Below the pieces are notes generated by a model. That model saw only the letters and a program-made list of their open reading frames with translations, had not been told where the DNA came from and did not search any database. A stretch of 36,959 nucleotides of DNA. It comes from Clostridiales bacterium. GTDB lineage: Bacteria > Bacillota > Clostridia > Oscillospirales > Oscillospiraceae. Numbering within the stretch: the first letter of the stretch is position 1; each line of letters begins with the position of its first letter. The stretch spans positions 1 through 36,959 of the forward strand of contig JAJPXR010000060.1 in NCBI GenBank assembly GCA_021205375.1, read 5' to 3'. The position numbers were made by a program, and so were the translations under genes. Positions 1 to 8,908 of the stretch are shown here, one piece after another.

Positions 1-416
1 TTACAGGTAAATTCCTGCCCCACCACGTCGGCGCTGCCCCAGAGTTCTAGCGCCAGCCCTTTGGACACCAGCCCCGCCCCTTGCTGGAGCGCCCCCGGCT
101 CTGCGCCGTCCAGCAATTCCACCTGCACCACGTCCCCCAACGTACCGCAGTACCGCACCGCCAGCGCATCGGCGGCGGCATAGGCCGTCTCCGCATCGCC
201 CGCCTCCTCCCACCAGGAGGTGACGTTGTATTGGGCGGTTTCTTCCTCCAACAGGGCGGCGAGGCTCTGGGCCTGAGCCTCTGTCAGTCCGCTCCCCAAG
301 CGGAGGGAGACGGAGGGGTAGGTGTTTTCAATGGTTCCCGCGCACCGCCAGGCCAGCAGCAGACAAAGGAAGAATGTCCCCACCCAGAGGCAGCGAGTTA
401 TCCTTCGCCGCTTCAT
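1..416 (-). CDS. MacB/FtsX-like ABC permease-family membrane protein (N-terminal part; runs off the window edge)
   Basis: Not in the ORF track because there is no stop. Read manually from ATG at 416 (ATGA overlap with the upstream stop): MKRRRITRCLWVGTFFLCLLLAWRCAG (TM) ... LLDGAEPGALQQGAGLVSKGLALELWGSADVVGQEF, resembling the MacB periplasmic core motif (vs..lA..lfg..dvvG..). Confidence 0.65.
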   Translation of the reverse strand, partial: MKRRRITRCLWVGTFFLCLLLAWRCAGTIENTYPSVSLRLGSGLTEAQAQSLAALLEEETAQYNVTSWWEEAGDAETAYAAADALAVRYCGTLGDVVQVELLDGAEPGALQQGAGLVSKGLALELWGSADVVGQEFTC

Positions 417-2047
417 TGGCTCACCCTCACGTACTCGCCATCCTCTACCGAGCGGCTGGCACTGATGACGATCTGACTGCCGCTGCTCAGCACTCCGTCT
501 ATCGCCGCCAGTTCTCCGTTGCTGGCCAGCAACGTCACCGATTCTCTGCGAATCTGATACCGCAGCCCCAGCACTGACTCCGCCTCCTCCACCACAAAGA
601 CAAAGCCCCCGGCGTTGTCCTCGTGGTAGGCCCCGATGGGAATGGTCAGGTCGTACCGCTCGCTGGTCAGGGTGACGCTAACTGTGGCGCTGCCATCTGT
701 CCAGTCCCCGGTCAGGTAGGCGGTGCCGGTCAGCGTCCCGGTCTCGCTGTCCTGCGTCAGGGCGGCCAGGGTGACGGTGCCTTCTGTGTCCTCTTGCGTT
801 ACCTGGAGGGCCGCGCCGTCGGGTACCTGTTCCAGCTCGCTGCCGGTCAGGGTCAGCACATAACTGTCGCTCTGGGCGGTCAGATGTACCTCCACCAGCT
901 CGGAGGAATCCCCCGCCGCCCCGGTGACAGAGACGACTTTCCCATCGCAGGGGGCGGTCAGCACGCCGCCGTTTTCCTGGAGGGCGGTGAGGGCGACCAC
1001 TTGTTCCTCCTGCTGGGCGACGGTGACGGACAAAATCAGCGTCTCCGCCTGGTTCTGCTGATTCTGGGCCTCTGCGTCCGCCTGAGCGTCGGTCAGGTCG
1101 TCCTGGGCCGCGCTGAGGGCGGCCTCTGCGTCCTCCAGACTGCGCTGACTGCTGCGTTTGCTGTCCGAGGCCGCTGTGTTGGCGTCCTCCAGAGCTTCCT
1201 GGGCGGAATCCAGCGTCTGTTGGGCGCTTTCCACCGACTCCTGCGCCGCCGTGATTTGATCGTCATAGGAAGAGAGACTTGCCTCGTCCGTTGCGATTTG
1301 GGCCTCCAGCGCTTCGATTTGGTTTTGCAGTTCCTGTGTGTCCGCATCCGTTTCTCCCGCCGCTGAGGTGTCGCCCGCCCCGGCGGTTTCTGTTTCAGAG
1401 AGCAGACTTTTCAGGTCAGACAGCTCCGTTTTTTCTTCGCTGATGGTCGTTTTCAGGTCGGAACGCTTGTTTTTCAGGCTTTTCAGTTCCGATTTGGCGG
1501 TGCTCAGCGCTGATTTTGCGTCGGACACCGCCGCCTTCGCCCGGCTGACCTGGGTGGACTGGGCGGCGGCTTCGCTGTTCGCGTCCTCCTTGGCCCGGTC
1601 GTAGGCGGTCTGGGCGGAGGTCACAGGGGAATCGTCCGCCTCCTGCTCCTCCTGATAGGCGGCCATTTGCAGGTTCAGCTTGTCCAGTTCCCCCTGGGCT
1701 TGGGTCAACGCCTGGGCCACGGTGTCCGCGTCCACCTGAACCAGCCCGTCCCCTTCTTTCACGGTTTGCCCCTCCGTCACCAGCACGGACTGAACGGTGA
1801 GGCCGTCAGGCAGGGTCAGCACCTCCACGCTCTGGCTCTCCACCGTGCCGGTCAGCGTCAGCGTCTCCGCTACCGTGGCGGCGGCGGGGGCCTGGGTGGT
1901 CACGGTGGTCAGGGCCGCCCCTGCCATGCCCCGTGAAAACAGGGTCAGCGCCAGCATCAGCAGGAAGAACGCCCCAATGCGCCAGGCCGCTTTGCCCTCA
2001 CCACTGTCTCCCGCGCCCTTCGGCAAGTGGATTTTGTCCCATTTCAT
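413..2047 (-). CDS. HlyD/MacA-like membrane fusion (periplasmic adaptor) protein with very long coiled coil
   Basis: N-terminal TM, lipoyl-like half motifs (VQSVLVTEGQTVKEGDGLV; LTAPCDGKVVSV), long Ala/Gln/Glu coiled coil, C-terminal LTIP..A...FVFVV...GSQIV..VEDGEYV. Start set to MKWDK after RBS AAGGGGG. Confidence 0.8.
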   Translation of the reverse strand: MKWDKIHLPKGAGDSGEGKAAWRIGAFFLLMLALTLFSRGMAGAALTTVTTQAPAAATVAETLTLTGTVESQSVEVLTLPDGLTVQSVLVTEGQTVKEGDGLVQVDADTVAQALTQAQGELDKLNLQMAAYQEEQEADDSPVTSAQTAYDRAKEDANSEAAAQSTQVSRAKAAVSDAKSALSTAKSELKSLKNKRSDLKTTISEEKTELSDLKSLLSETETAGAGDTSAAGETDADTQELQNQIEALEAQIATDEASLSSYDDQITAAQESVESAQQTLDSAQEALEDANTAASDSKRSSQRSLEDAEAALSAAQDDLTDAQADAEAQNQQNQAETLILSVTVAQQEEQVVALTALQENGGVLTAPCDGKVVSVTGAAGDSSELVEVHLTAQSDSYVLTLTGSELEQVPDGAALQVTQEDTEGTVTLAALTQDSETGTLTGTAYLTGDWTDGSATVSVTLTSERYDLTIPIGAYHEDNAGGFVFVVEEAESVLGLRYQIRRESVTLLASNGELAAIDGVLSSGSQIVISASRSVEDGEYVRVSQ

Positions 2048-2064
2048 GGTATCCCCCCTTGTAG

Positions 2065-2214
2065 AATGTGCAATGTGCAATTAGCAATGTGCAATGACCT
2101 GTTTTCCACCATAGCTGTCCTGTGGGGGCCATCAGTGGAAAACAAAGGCTTTTAGGAGCTGCCAGCGTCCGATTCCCCTCATAATTGCACATTTCACACT
2201 GCAAATTGCTAATT
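2065..2214. repeat. Inverted pair of heptamer tandem arrays (AATGTGC-type)
   Basis: aatgtgc-aatgtgc-aattagc-aatgtgc-aatgacc (2065-2099) and complementary gcacatt-tcacact-gcaaatt-gctaatt (2187-2214). Confidence 0.8.
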
Positions 2215-2215
2215 G

Positions 2216-4477
2216 TTAAAATTGTTCTGCCAGCATCAGTGCCAACTCGTCCTCCACCTGCGCCACGGCCTCGTCCAGCGTCAGCTCCCCGGAGCAGTAC
2301 GGCTCCGCCAGCTCCAACACGGTCTCCGTCACCAGCTCACTGGCCGCCGCCGGGGTGGTGCGGCCGTCCAGCAGCTCCCGCAGCTCTTCGATGTCCCAGC
2401 CGTACTCTGCGGCGGGGTCGGTGAAATAGTCCAGTTGTTTGTCCATGGCCTCCTGCAAGACGGGCAGACCGTCCCCGTAGGTGTACTGCTGCACCTCCAT
2501 GGACAGGGCGCAGGCCACGAACTCCTTCGCCGTCTCGGTGTCGTCGCTGCCGGCGCTCACTGCCAGCAGCACCTCTGGGGTATAAGCCCCTTCCACCAGG
2601 CCGGGGAGCGGAGCTACAGAAAACGAACCTTCTTTCTCGTATTTCTCATAGGTGGAGAGGGCCATCACCAAATCCTCCACCGCGTCCAGGGTGGTGAATC
2701 CCCAGGGGCTGTCGCTGTTCAGCCAGGTATAGGCGTCGTCCTCCACATACGTGTTCAGGTTGCCGTAGTCATAGGTACCGGGGATGACCTCCTCGGACAG
2801 GGAATCCACCGCATCATCCTTCGGAGCATAGTAACCGTAGGTATCGCAGATGGTTTTCAGGGCGGTGAGCCAGGTGCGCAGGTTTTCAGTCTGCACTCCA
2901 TCGCTGTTCACCAGCGCCGACGCGCTGGAATCCCACAGGCTCCATACCATATCATACTTGGTGGTTGCCAGACAGGGGTCGTCTCCGCCCGCCTGTTCTA
3001 CAGCCTCCGCCAACTCTTCCAGGCTGTCCGGCGTCTCCTCCTGGCTGCTCAGCAGCAGGGGCACCGTGAACCGGGCGGGAATCACATACGTTCCGCTATC
3101 CTCCTGCCGGAAAGCGGACACGGTCCCTCCCACAAAGTCTGTCCCCTCCACCAGGTCGCTCAAGTCCTCCAGTACACCCCGGCTGGCATATGTCTCGTAG
3201 TCCGCGCCGTCCAAAATCAGCACGTCCGGGCCGCTCCCCGCCAGAAGCTGGGTGTTCAGGGTGGTCAACACGTCGTTCAGGGTCTTGCTGTCGTCCTCTC
3301 CGTAGTCCTGCACCTGGAAGTCGATCTCTACCTCCGGGTGGGTCTCCTGAAAGGCGTAGATGGCCTGCCGGACGGTGGCGCTGTCCTCCAGCGCCCAGAC
3401 GGTCAGGGTGGTGTCGCCGTAGGTCGCGCCGGTGTCGTAGTCGTAGCGGTAGAGGGAGAGGTCTTTCTGCTCGCTCCGGGCGTTGATGTAGATGGTGTTG
3501 TCCTCTGCCACATAAAAGTCCTGGCTGTCGCCGAGGAGCGCCATGTCAGAGCTGTAGCGGTAGTCGGTGCCGTCCAGCACGATTTCCTTCAGGTTTGACC
3601 CCAAAATGCCCATGCAGAAGTTCAGGTCCTCGTCAATGAAGTAATAGTTCCCCGCCTCCTTCATGAGGCAGCTGGTCAGGAGGCGGCCATTGTCGTACAT
3701 TCCGGTCAGATCCAGCGCCTCCAGCGATGTTCCGTCGCTGAGGTTATAGGAGTTGTGGAACTCTAAACCGTCGCTGACAAACACTGTGTCCCCGGCCACG
3801 GCGAAGTCGAAGTTGTAATAATCCGAGGATACCGACCACAGAAATTCCCCGGTGGTGATGTCCATAGCGTAGAGCGTAGAGCCGACCTCGCCGCTCATGC
3901 TGAACAGCAGGTATTTGTCCTGATAGAGACCGCACTGGCTCCAGCCGTTGATGTTCTTGTCCGGGTCGCAGAAGGGGTAATCCGTGGTGGTTTCCTCCCC
4001 GTCCTTCTGCCGGTACAAGCGCACCGCCTCCACGGTAGAGGTGTCGTTGTCCTCATCGTAATCCATCACAAACGTCCAGCTGTAGACCGTACCATCTGCC
4101 GCGAAGTACCAGTAATCAGAAAAATCTCCTGTCCACAGGCCGGACAGCTCCTGTTCCGCCCAGGTGTCCCCCTTGTCCTCAGAGTGGTACCAGATGGTTT
4201 TGGTGGTCATATCTCCCTCATCGGCCCAGGAGCTGAACCGCACCGCCAGGTCAAGGGTTCCGTCATCGCCGTATTGCAGGGTGGTACAGGTGTTGACATC
4301 CGCATCGGCGGCGTAGGCAGCGTAGCTCTCCGGGGTGATGTTGGTCTCCACATAGCGGCCAATGCTGCTGGTGAGCTGGTCGCTGTCGTCGCTGGACGCG
4401 CCCCCGCCGCCGCAGGCGCACAGGGTCAGCAGCAGGGCGAAGGCCAGGGTGAGGGATAGGTATTTTTTCAGTTTCAT
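2216..4477 (-). CDS. Large extracellular solute-binding lipoprotein (N-terminal beta-propeller-like region plus family 1 SBP domain)
   Basis: Lipobox LCAC; Asp-box YHSEDKGDTW; PQQ-like repeat LYAMDITTGEFLW; SBP motifs LTVWA, FQETHPEVEI, LLAGSGPDVL, GVLEDLSDL, AKEFV; RBS AAGGAGG. Confidence 0.85.
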   Translation of the reverse strand: MKLKKYLSLTLAFALLLTLCACGGGGASSDDSDQLTSSIGRYVETNITPESYAAYAADADVNTCTTLQYGDDGTLDLAVRFSSWADEGDMTTKTIWYHSEDKGDTWAEQELSGLWTGDFSDYWYFAADGTVYSWTFVMDYDEDNDTSTVEAVRLYRQKDGEETTTDYPFCDPDKNINGWSQCGLYQDKYLLFSMSGEVGSTLYAMDITTGEFLWSVSSDYYNFDFAVAGDTVFVSDGLEFHNSYNLSDGTSLEALDLTGMYDNGRLLTSCLMKEAGNYYFIDEDLNFCMGILGSNLKEIVLDGTDYRYSSDMALLGDSQDFYVAEDNTIYINARSEQKDLSLYRYDYDTGATYGDTTLTVWALEDSATVRQAIYAFQETHPEVEIDFQVQDYGEDDSKTLNDVLTTLNTQLLAGSGPDVLILDGADYETYASRGVLEDLSDLVEGTDFVGGTVSAFRQEDSGTYVIPARFTVPLLLSSQEETPDSLEELAEAVEQAGGDDPCLATTKYDMVWSLWDSSASALVNSDGVQTENLRTWLTALKTICDTYGYYAPKDDAVDSLSEEVIPGTYDYGNLNTYVEDDAYTWLNSDSPWGFTTLDAVEDLVMALSTYEKYEKEGSFSVAPLPGLVEGAYTPEVLLAVSAGSDDTETAKEFVACALSMEVQQYTYGDGLPVLQEAMDKQLDYFTDPAAEYGWDIEELRELLDGRTTPAAASELVTETVLELAEPYCSGELTLDEAVAQVEDELALMLAEQF

Positions 4478-4583
4478 ATTCGTTTCCTCCTTTGGGTTTT
4501 GACATATATATTTGCGATTGCGAACGATTCAGTTTGTGAAAACATTTGAATCTATCGCTTGCGTTCCGTGATTGACCACCCCT

Positions 4584-4718
4584 CTTGCCTCCCCTGTGAA
4601 GCGCTGGCCGAATGGCCAATTCCTCTTTAGCGCAAATGCAGGGAGCTATGGCCTTTAGGCCATGCGAGTCGCAAAGGGGAGGAGGGCCGCCGCCTTTAGG
4701 CGGTGGCGGAGGGGTTTC
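4584..4718. repeat. REP-like palindromic intergenic element, copy 1
   Basis: cttgcctcccct...aaaggggaggagggccgccgcctttaggcggtggcggaggggtttc; 4673-4718 matches 6771-6815 except for one indel. Confidence 0.8.
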
Positions 4719-4746
4719 TGGCACATGGTTATTCACAGCGATAACC

Positions 4747-4767
4747 CCAAATTGCACATTGCAAATT
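4747..4767. repeat. Short AATGTGC-type heptamer array at the permease stop codon
   Basis: ccaaatt-gcacatt-gcaaatt overlapping the TAA at 4766-4768. Confidence 0.6.
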
Positions 4768-5614
4768 ATTCCTTCACGGCTCCCTGCAAGATCCCCTGCT
4801 CCAAATACCGCTGCCCGAACAGGAAAATCAGCAGGGCCGGCAGCAGGGCGATGAAGCTGGCCGCCATGGAGAGACCCAGGTTATCCATCACCACCTGGGG
4901 CAGGTACAGAGTCAGGGGCCAGTTCTCTGCCGACTCCAGAAAGGTCATGGGCTGCTCCACCGCGCCCCAGGCGTCCAGAAAACCCAGCACAAAGGCGGAG
5001 ATGAGGCCCGGAAGGTTCATAGGCAGCCCCAGCCGGAAGAAAATGGTGAACTGCCCCGCCCCGTCCAGCTCCGCCGCCTCGATGACGCTCTTGGGGATGG
5101 CCTCGAAGCCACGGGTCAGGATGAACACCGGGTAGGTGGAGAAAATGCCCGGCAGAATCACCGCCCAAATGGTGTCCATCAGGTGCAGCCGGTTCAGCAC
5201 CAGATAGCTGGGTACCATCGTCACCTGGAAGGGCAGCAGCATCAGCACCACATACACCCCGAACAGCGCCCGCCGTCCCGGAAACCGCAGTTTGGCGAAG
5301 GCCCAGGCCGCGGGCGCGCCCACCGCCAGCTGCCCTAGCGCCTGGGGAAACGCCTGTTTGCAGCTGTTCCAGAATACCGCGAAAAACTCCGGCGTGTCCA
5401 GCAGCAGTTCCGCCAGGGAGGACAGAGTGGGACAGTTGGGGAGCAGGAACCACCGGGCGTAGCCCTCCCCCTCCCCAAAGACCGGCCCCAACAGGGCGCT
5501 CAGCTCATCGGCGGGGAGGAAAATCCCCATGACGATGAACCACAACGGCCACCAAATCAGCAGCGCCAGCGCCAGCAGCCCGGCGTAGAGCGCCGCCCGT
5601 TTCACCTGCTTCAT
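4766..5614 (-). CDS. Carbohydrate (CUT1) ABC transporter permease, MalG-like
   Basis: EAA loop IPKSVIEAAELDGAGQF, FWNS, LPFQVTMVP, C-terminal QGILQGAVKE; real start MKQVK (ATGA overlap at 5611-5614). Confidence 0.92.
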   Translation of the reverse strand: MKQVKRAALYAGLLALALLIWWPLWFIVMGIFLPADELSALLGPVFGEGEGYARWFLLPNCPTLSSLAELLLDTPEFFAVFWNSCKQAFPQALGQLAVGAPAAWAFAKLRFPGRRALFGVYVVLMLLPFQVTMVPSYLVLNRLHLMDTIWAVILPGIFSTYPVFILTRGFEAIPKSVIEAAELDGAGQFTIFFRLGLPMNLPGLISAFVLGFLDAWGAVEQPMTFLESAENWPLTLYLPQVVMDNLGLSMAASFIALLPALLIFLFGQRYLEQGILQGAVKE

Positions 5615-6480
5615 GCTCCGTCCAGCCTCCAATACCTCCGGCCCAGACCGATGACGGCCAGCAGCGCCAGCACCATCAGGCAGGCGGCGGCGGTGAGCCG
5701 CCCCATGTCCAGGTCCAAAAACCAGTTGTTGAACAGGTGCTGGAGCAGGTACATACTCTCGTGGGGGTAGTTCCCCGCCACCAGATACGCCTCCCGAAAT
5801 ACCTTGAAGCTGTTGAGGAGGGACAGCAGTCCCACCACCCCCGCCATAGGCCGCAGCTCCGGCAGGGTGACGTAACGGAACTGCTGGAAGGTCCCCGCGC
5901 CGTCTGCGGCGGCGGCCTCGTAGAGGTCTTTGGAGATGTCGTCCAGCCCCGCCAGCCACAAGATCATGTCATACCCGGCGTTTTTCCAGAGGTATGTCAC
6001 CACCAGTACCCAAAAGGCGGCGTTGGTGCCGAGGAAGGACACCGGCTCCCCGCCCAGACGGACGATGACCCCGTTCACCAAGCCGCTGTCGCTGAACAGC
6101 ACCTTCCACAGCAGCACGATGGCGCTGACCGGCACCGCCATAGGCAGCAGAAAGGTGCTCTGGAACACGCCGCCCTTGTTCTTTTGCGCCCGCACCATCA
6201 GCGCCAGAACCAGGGACAGCCCCAGCAGCAGGGGCAGGCAGACGCAGAGGAATTTTGCGGTGTTCCTCGCCGCCAACTGAAAGGCGCTGTTGCCGACCAC
6301 CTGGCGGTAGTTGGTCAGCCCCACCCAGCGGTTGCCCATGGCGTTGCAGAAGGAGCGACGGACAGTGTCCCAGAAGGGGATCAGCACGAACACGCTCAGC
6401 CCGGCCAGGCTGGGGGCCAGGAAGGGGAGGGCGGTTTTGAGCTGGCGCAGGTGCGGATGGGTATTCTTCTTTCGCTTCAT
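5611..6480 (-). CDS. Carbohydrate (CUT1) ABC transporter permease, MalF-like
   Basis: FLAPSL, VGLTNY, LLPMAVP, WKNAGY, ISKDLYEAAAADGA, SFKVF; RBS AAGGAGG before MKRKK. Confidence 0.92.
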   Translation of the reverse strand: MKRKKNTHPHLRQLKTALPFLAPSLAGLSVFVLIPFWDTVRRSFCNAMGNRWVGLTNYRQVVGNSAFQLAARNTAKFLCVCLPLLLGLSLVLALMVRAQKNKGGVFQSTFLLPMAVPVSAIVLLWKVLFSDSGLVNGVIVRLGGEPVSFLGTNAAFWVLVVTYLWKNAGYDMILWLAGLDDISKDLYEAAAADGAGTFQQFRYVTLPELRPMAGVVGLLSLLNSFKVFREAYLVAGNYPHESMYLLQHLFNNWFLDLDMGRLTAAACLMVLALLAVIGLGRRYWRLDGA

Positions 6481-6514
6481 AGCGGCCCCTCCTTGTGGTT
6501 TTGCTTTCTGCCCT

Positions 6515-6558
6515 ATTGTAGCGCGTTCTTTGACCGCGTACCTCAAAGGAATCTTAAA
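6515..6558 (-). promoter_or_regulatory. Response-regulator box plus -10 for the permease operon
   Basis: Minus strand TTTAAG-ATTCC-TTTGAG (6558-6542), 21 nt, TACAAT (6520-6515). Confidence 0.75.
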
Positions 6559-6622
6559 TTAGCTCTTAGCTTCTAGCTATTAGCTGTTAGCCTGGTGGTG
6601 CTTGCCTGTTCGCTCTGCGCTT
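6559..6622. repeat. TTAGCTN heptamer array plus flank homologous to 8941-9005 (inverted)
   Basis: ttagctc-ttagctt-ctagcta-ttagctg-ttagcct, then gtgcttgcctgttcgctctgcgctt, which resembles the reverse complement of aagcgcagagcaaaacagcaagcac at 8941-8965. Confidence 0.75.
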
Positions 6623-6655
6623 TTGGGGTGCGTTCCTCCTGTTTGGAGGGGAAAT

Positions 6656-6699
6656 TTTCAGGTTCCTTTGAGGTTTCCTGCGTTGGTTTCTGGTATAAT
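6656..6699 (+). promoter_or_regulatory. Response-regulator box plus extended -10 for the two-component operon (autoregulation)
   Basis: TTTCAG-GTTCC-TTTGAG (6656-6672), 21 nt, TG-n-TATAAT (TATAAT at 6694-6699). Confidence 0.75.
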
Positions 6700-6724
6700 G
6701 GGAGTAAACGACCCCTACTACCCC

Positions 6725-6815
6725 CTTGCCTCCGCCGTCAAGCGGCACTTCCGCTACGCTCCCTGCCCTGAAAGGGGAGGAGGGCCGCCGCCTTTGGCGG
6801 TGGCGGAGGGGTTTC
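6725..6815. repeat. REP-like palindromic intergenic element, copy 2, with nested module
   Basis: cttgcctcc[gccgtcaagcggcacttccgctacgctccctg]ccctgaaaggggaggagggccgccgcctttggcggtggcggaggggtttc. Confidence 0.8.
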
Positions 6816-6890
6816 CGCTGAAATAACCGACAAGGCTGATGCAAAGAGATAACCAATAAAGATAAAAATGTTTGAAAAGAGGGAACTACT

Positions 6891-7655
6891 ATGCACATCC
6901 TGCTCATAGAGGACGACCCCCAGCTCTCCCAACTGGTGGCCGACCAGCTCCGTCAACTGGGGCATCAGGTGGATACCACCAACCACGGCAACGAGGGCCT
7001 CTCCCTGCTGCGCCGGGGGGACTACGACGGCTGCATCCTTGACAGGATGCTTCCCGGTCTGGACGGGCTGACCCTGCTCCGCCGGGCCAGAGCCGCCGGG
7101 GTAACGACCCCCGTACTGATGCTCACCGCCCTAGGCCGGACGGAGGACCTGGTGGACGGCTTTGAGACCGGCGCCGACGACTACCTGGCCAAGCCCTTCG
7201 CTATGCCGGAGCTGCTGGCGCGGGTGGGGGCGTTGCTCCGCCGTGGCGCGAAAAAGTCCCCCGCCACGCTGGAGGCGGGGGACCTGACGCTGGAATTAGA
7301 TTCCATGGTGCTCACCGGGCCGGAGGGTAGCTGCACCCTGACCCGGCGAGAGCTGGACCTGCTGGCCCTGCTGCTGGAGCAGCCCGGCCAGGTGGTGCCG
7401 CGGGAGCGGTTCTTTCAGGCGGTCTGGGGGGTAGACGCCCCAGTGGGGGATGCCTCCCTGGACACCTATATCTATTTTCTCCGGCGGCGGCTGAAAACCG
7501 TGGGGACCCGCTGGAAGCTGACCACCCGCCGGGGAACGGGGTATCTGTTGCAGGCAGGGAGCGCAGCGGAAGTGCCGCTTGACGGCGGAGAAGCGCAGCT
7601 TCGGAAGTGTCCCTTGAGGGCAGAAGTGCCGCTTGAAGGCGAGGAAACGCCATGA
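6891..7655 (+). CDS. OmpR/PhoB-family DNA-binding response regulator
   Basis: ILLIEDD, ILDRMLPGLDG (phospho-Asp), LMLTA, GADDYLAKPF, LTRRE, winged helix ending RGTGYLL; ~30-aa tail is repeat-derived. Confidence 0.95.
   Translation: MHILLIEDDPQLSQLVADQLRQLGHQVDTTNHGNEGLSLLRRGDYDGCILDRMLPGLDGLTLLRRARAAGVTTPVLMLTALGRTEDLVDGFETGADDYLAKPFAMPELLARVGALLRRGAKKSPATLEAGDLTLELDSMVLTGPEGSCTLTRRELDLLALLLEQPGQVVPRERFFQAVWGVDAPVGDASLDTYIYFLRRRLKTVGTRWKLTTRRGTGYLLQAGSAAEVPLDGGEAQLRKCPLRAEVPLEGEETP
7553..7640. repeat. Repeat module GAAGTGCCGCTTGACGGC (three degenerate copies) within the regulator 3' end
   Basis: 7553-7590 is the reverse complement of 6730-6767 with one mismatch; further copies at 7603-7621 and 7622-7640. 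Confidence 0.8.
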
Positions 7656-8908
7656 TTTCAGCTCTGCGGCGGCGGCTGGCGGCGCTGTTCGGCGGTTTGA
7701 CCAGTCTGGTGCTGGCGGTCATGCTGGTGATCACCTGCGCCCTGAGCTGCACCCAGTACCAAAGCAGCCAGGAGGTGCTGTACCAGAACCGATTCCAAAC
7801 CCTGCTCCAACAGCTCCAGCGCAACGGTGAGGTCAGCGACAGCTACCTCTCCCAGGTGGCGGGGGAGGAACCGCTGCTGTTTTACGCCCAGGTGGAGGGG
7901 GTGCCGCTGCACTTCTCCGCCCTGTGGTCGGACACGGTGGGGGACAGCGGCGTTCTCTCCGCCATGCAGGAGGAGGCCGCCCGCCAGGGGGCCAGCGAAA
8001 AGGAAAACAGCCTGCTCACGTTCACTCTCGCCGTGAGCGGGACCCGCTACCGCTGCACCGTCTACACCATCCCGGACTATCAGGTGTACTTCGCCCAGAA
8101 CCTGACCCGGCAGCGTGCCCACCTCCGGGGGCTGGTGGGCCTTTACCTGCTGCTGGGGGCAGTGGGGGTGTCCGCCATGCTGCTGGTGAGCTGGCTGCTC
8201 TCCCGCCTCGCCACCCGGCCCACGGAACAGGCAGTGCAGGAGCAGCAATCATTCATCGCCGCCGCCAGCCACGAGCTGCGCAGCCCGTTGGCGGTGGTGC
8301 GGGCCAGCCTTTACACCGCCAGCCAGCAGAGCGACCAACCGGCAGTACGGAGCCAACTGGCCCTGGCCGACCAGGAGGCGGAGAGGATGAGCCGCCTGGT
8401 GGGGGACCTGTTGACCCTGACCGGGGGCAGCGTGGGGCGTTTGACCTGTAAAAGTGACCCGGTGGAGATGGAGACAGTGTGTATCCGGCTCTACGACCTG
8501 TTTTCTGTTCAAGCAGAGCAAAAACAGCACCCCTTCCGGCTGGACCTGCCGGATGAGGTGCTGCCGGTAATTTCATCGGACGAGCAGCGGCTCATTCAAC
8601 TGCTGTCGGCACTGCTGGCCAACGCCCTGGACCACACTCCCGCGGGGACAGCGGTGGAACTGCGGGCCAGGGTGGAAGGGACTTTTGTGACCCTCGCTGT
8701 GGTTGACCACGGCCCAGGCATCCCCGACGGCGAAAAAAAGGCGGTGTTCCGCCGGTTTTACCGCGCGGAGCAGAGCCGCACCGACAAGGGGCACTTTGGA
8801 CTGGGCCTCTCCATCGCCCAGGAGCTGGCCGGGCAGTTGGGGGGACAACTGACGCTGGAGGACACCCCCGGCGGCGGAGCCACCTTTGAATTAGCCCTTA
8901 GCCATTAG
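7652..8908 (+). CDS. Sensor histidine kinase (HisKA + HATPase_c)
   Basis: Two TM segments, H-box FIAAASHELRSPL, N-box LLANALDHT, DHGPGI, FRRFYR, GLGLSIA; ATGA overlap with the regulator. Confidence 0.95.
   Translation: MISALRRRLAALFGGLTSLVLAVMLVITCALSCTQYQSSQEVLYQNRFQTLLQQLQRNGEVSDSYLSQVAGEEPLLFYAQVEGVPLHFSALWSDTVGDSGVLSAMQEEAARQGASEKENSLLTFTLAVSGTRYRCTVYTIPDYQVYFAQNLTRQRAHLRGLVGLYLLLGAVGVSAMLLVSWLLSRLATRPTEQAVQEQQSFIAAASHELRSPLAVVRASLYTASQQSDQPAVRSQLALADQEAERMSRLVGDLLTLTGGSVGRLTCKSDPVEMETVCIRLYDLFSVQAEQKQHPFRLDLPDEVLPVISSDEQRLIQLLSALLANALDHTPAGTAVELRARVEGTFVTLAVVDHGPGIPDGEKKAVFRRFYRAEQSRTDKGHFGLGLSIAQELAGQLGGQLTLEDTPGGGATFELALSH

Noticed and set aside
1-213. 70-aa minus-strand ORF in the track
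   Set aside because: Wrong frame; the real gene is the stop-less frame starting at 416.
2213-3598. 461-aa plus-strand ORF
   Set aside because: Antisense shadow of the 2216-4477 lipoprotein.
5615-5959. N-terminal extension of the 397-aa permease ORF
   Set aside because: Overlaps the upstream permease out of frame; the ATGA-coupled start at 5614 gives a normal size.
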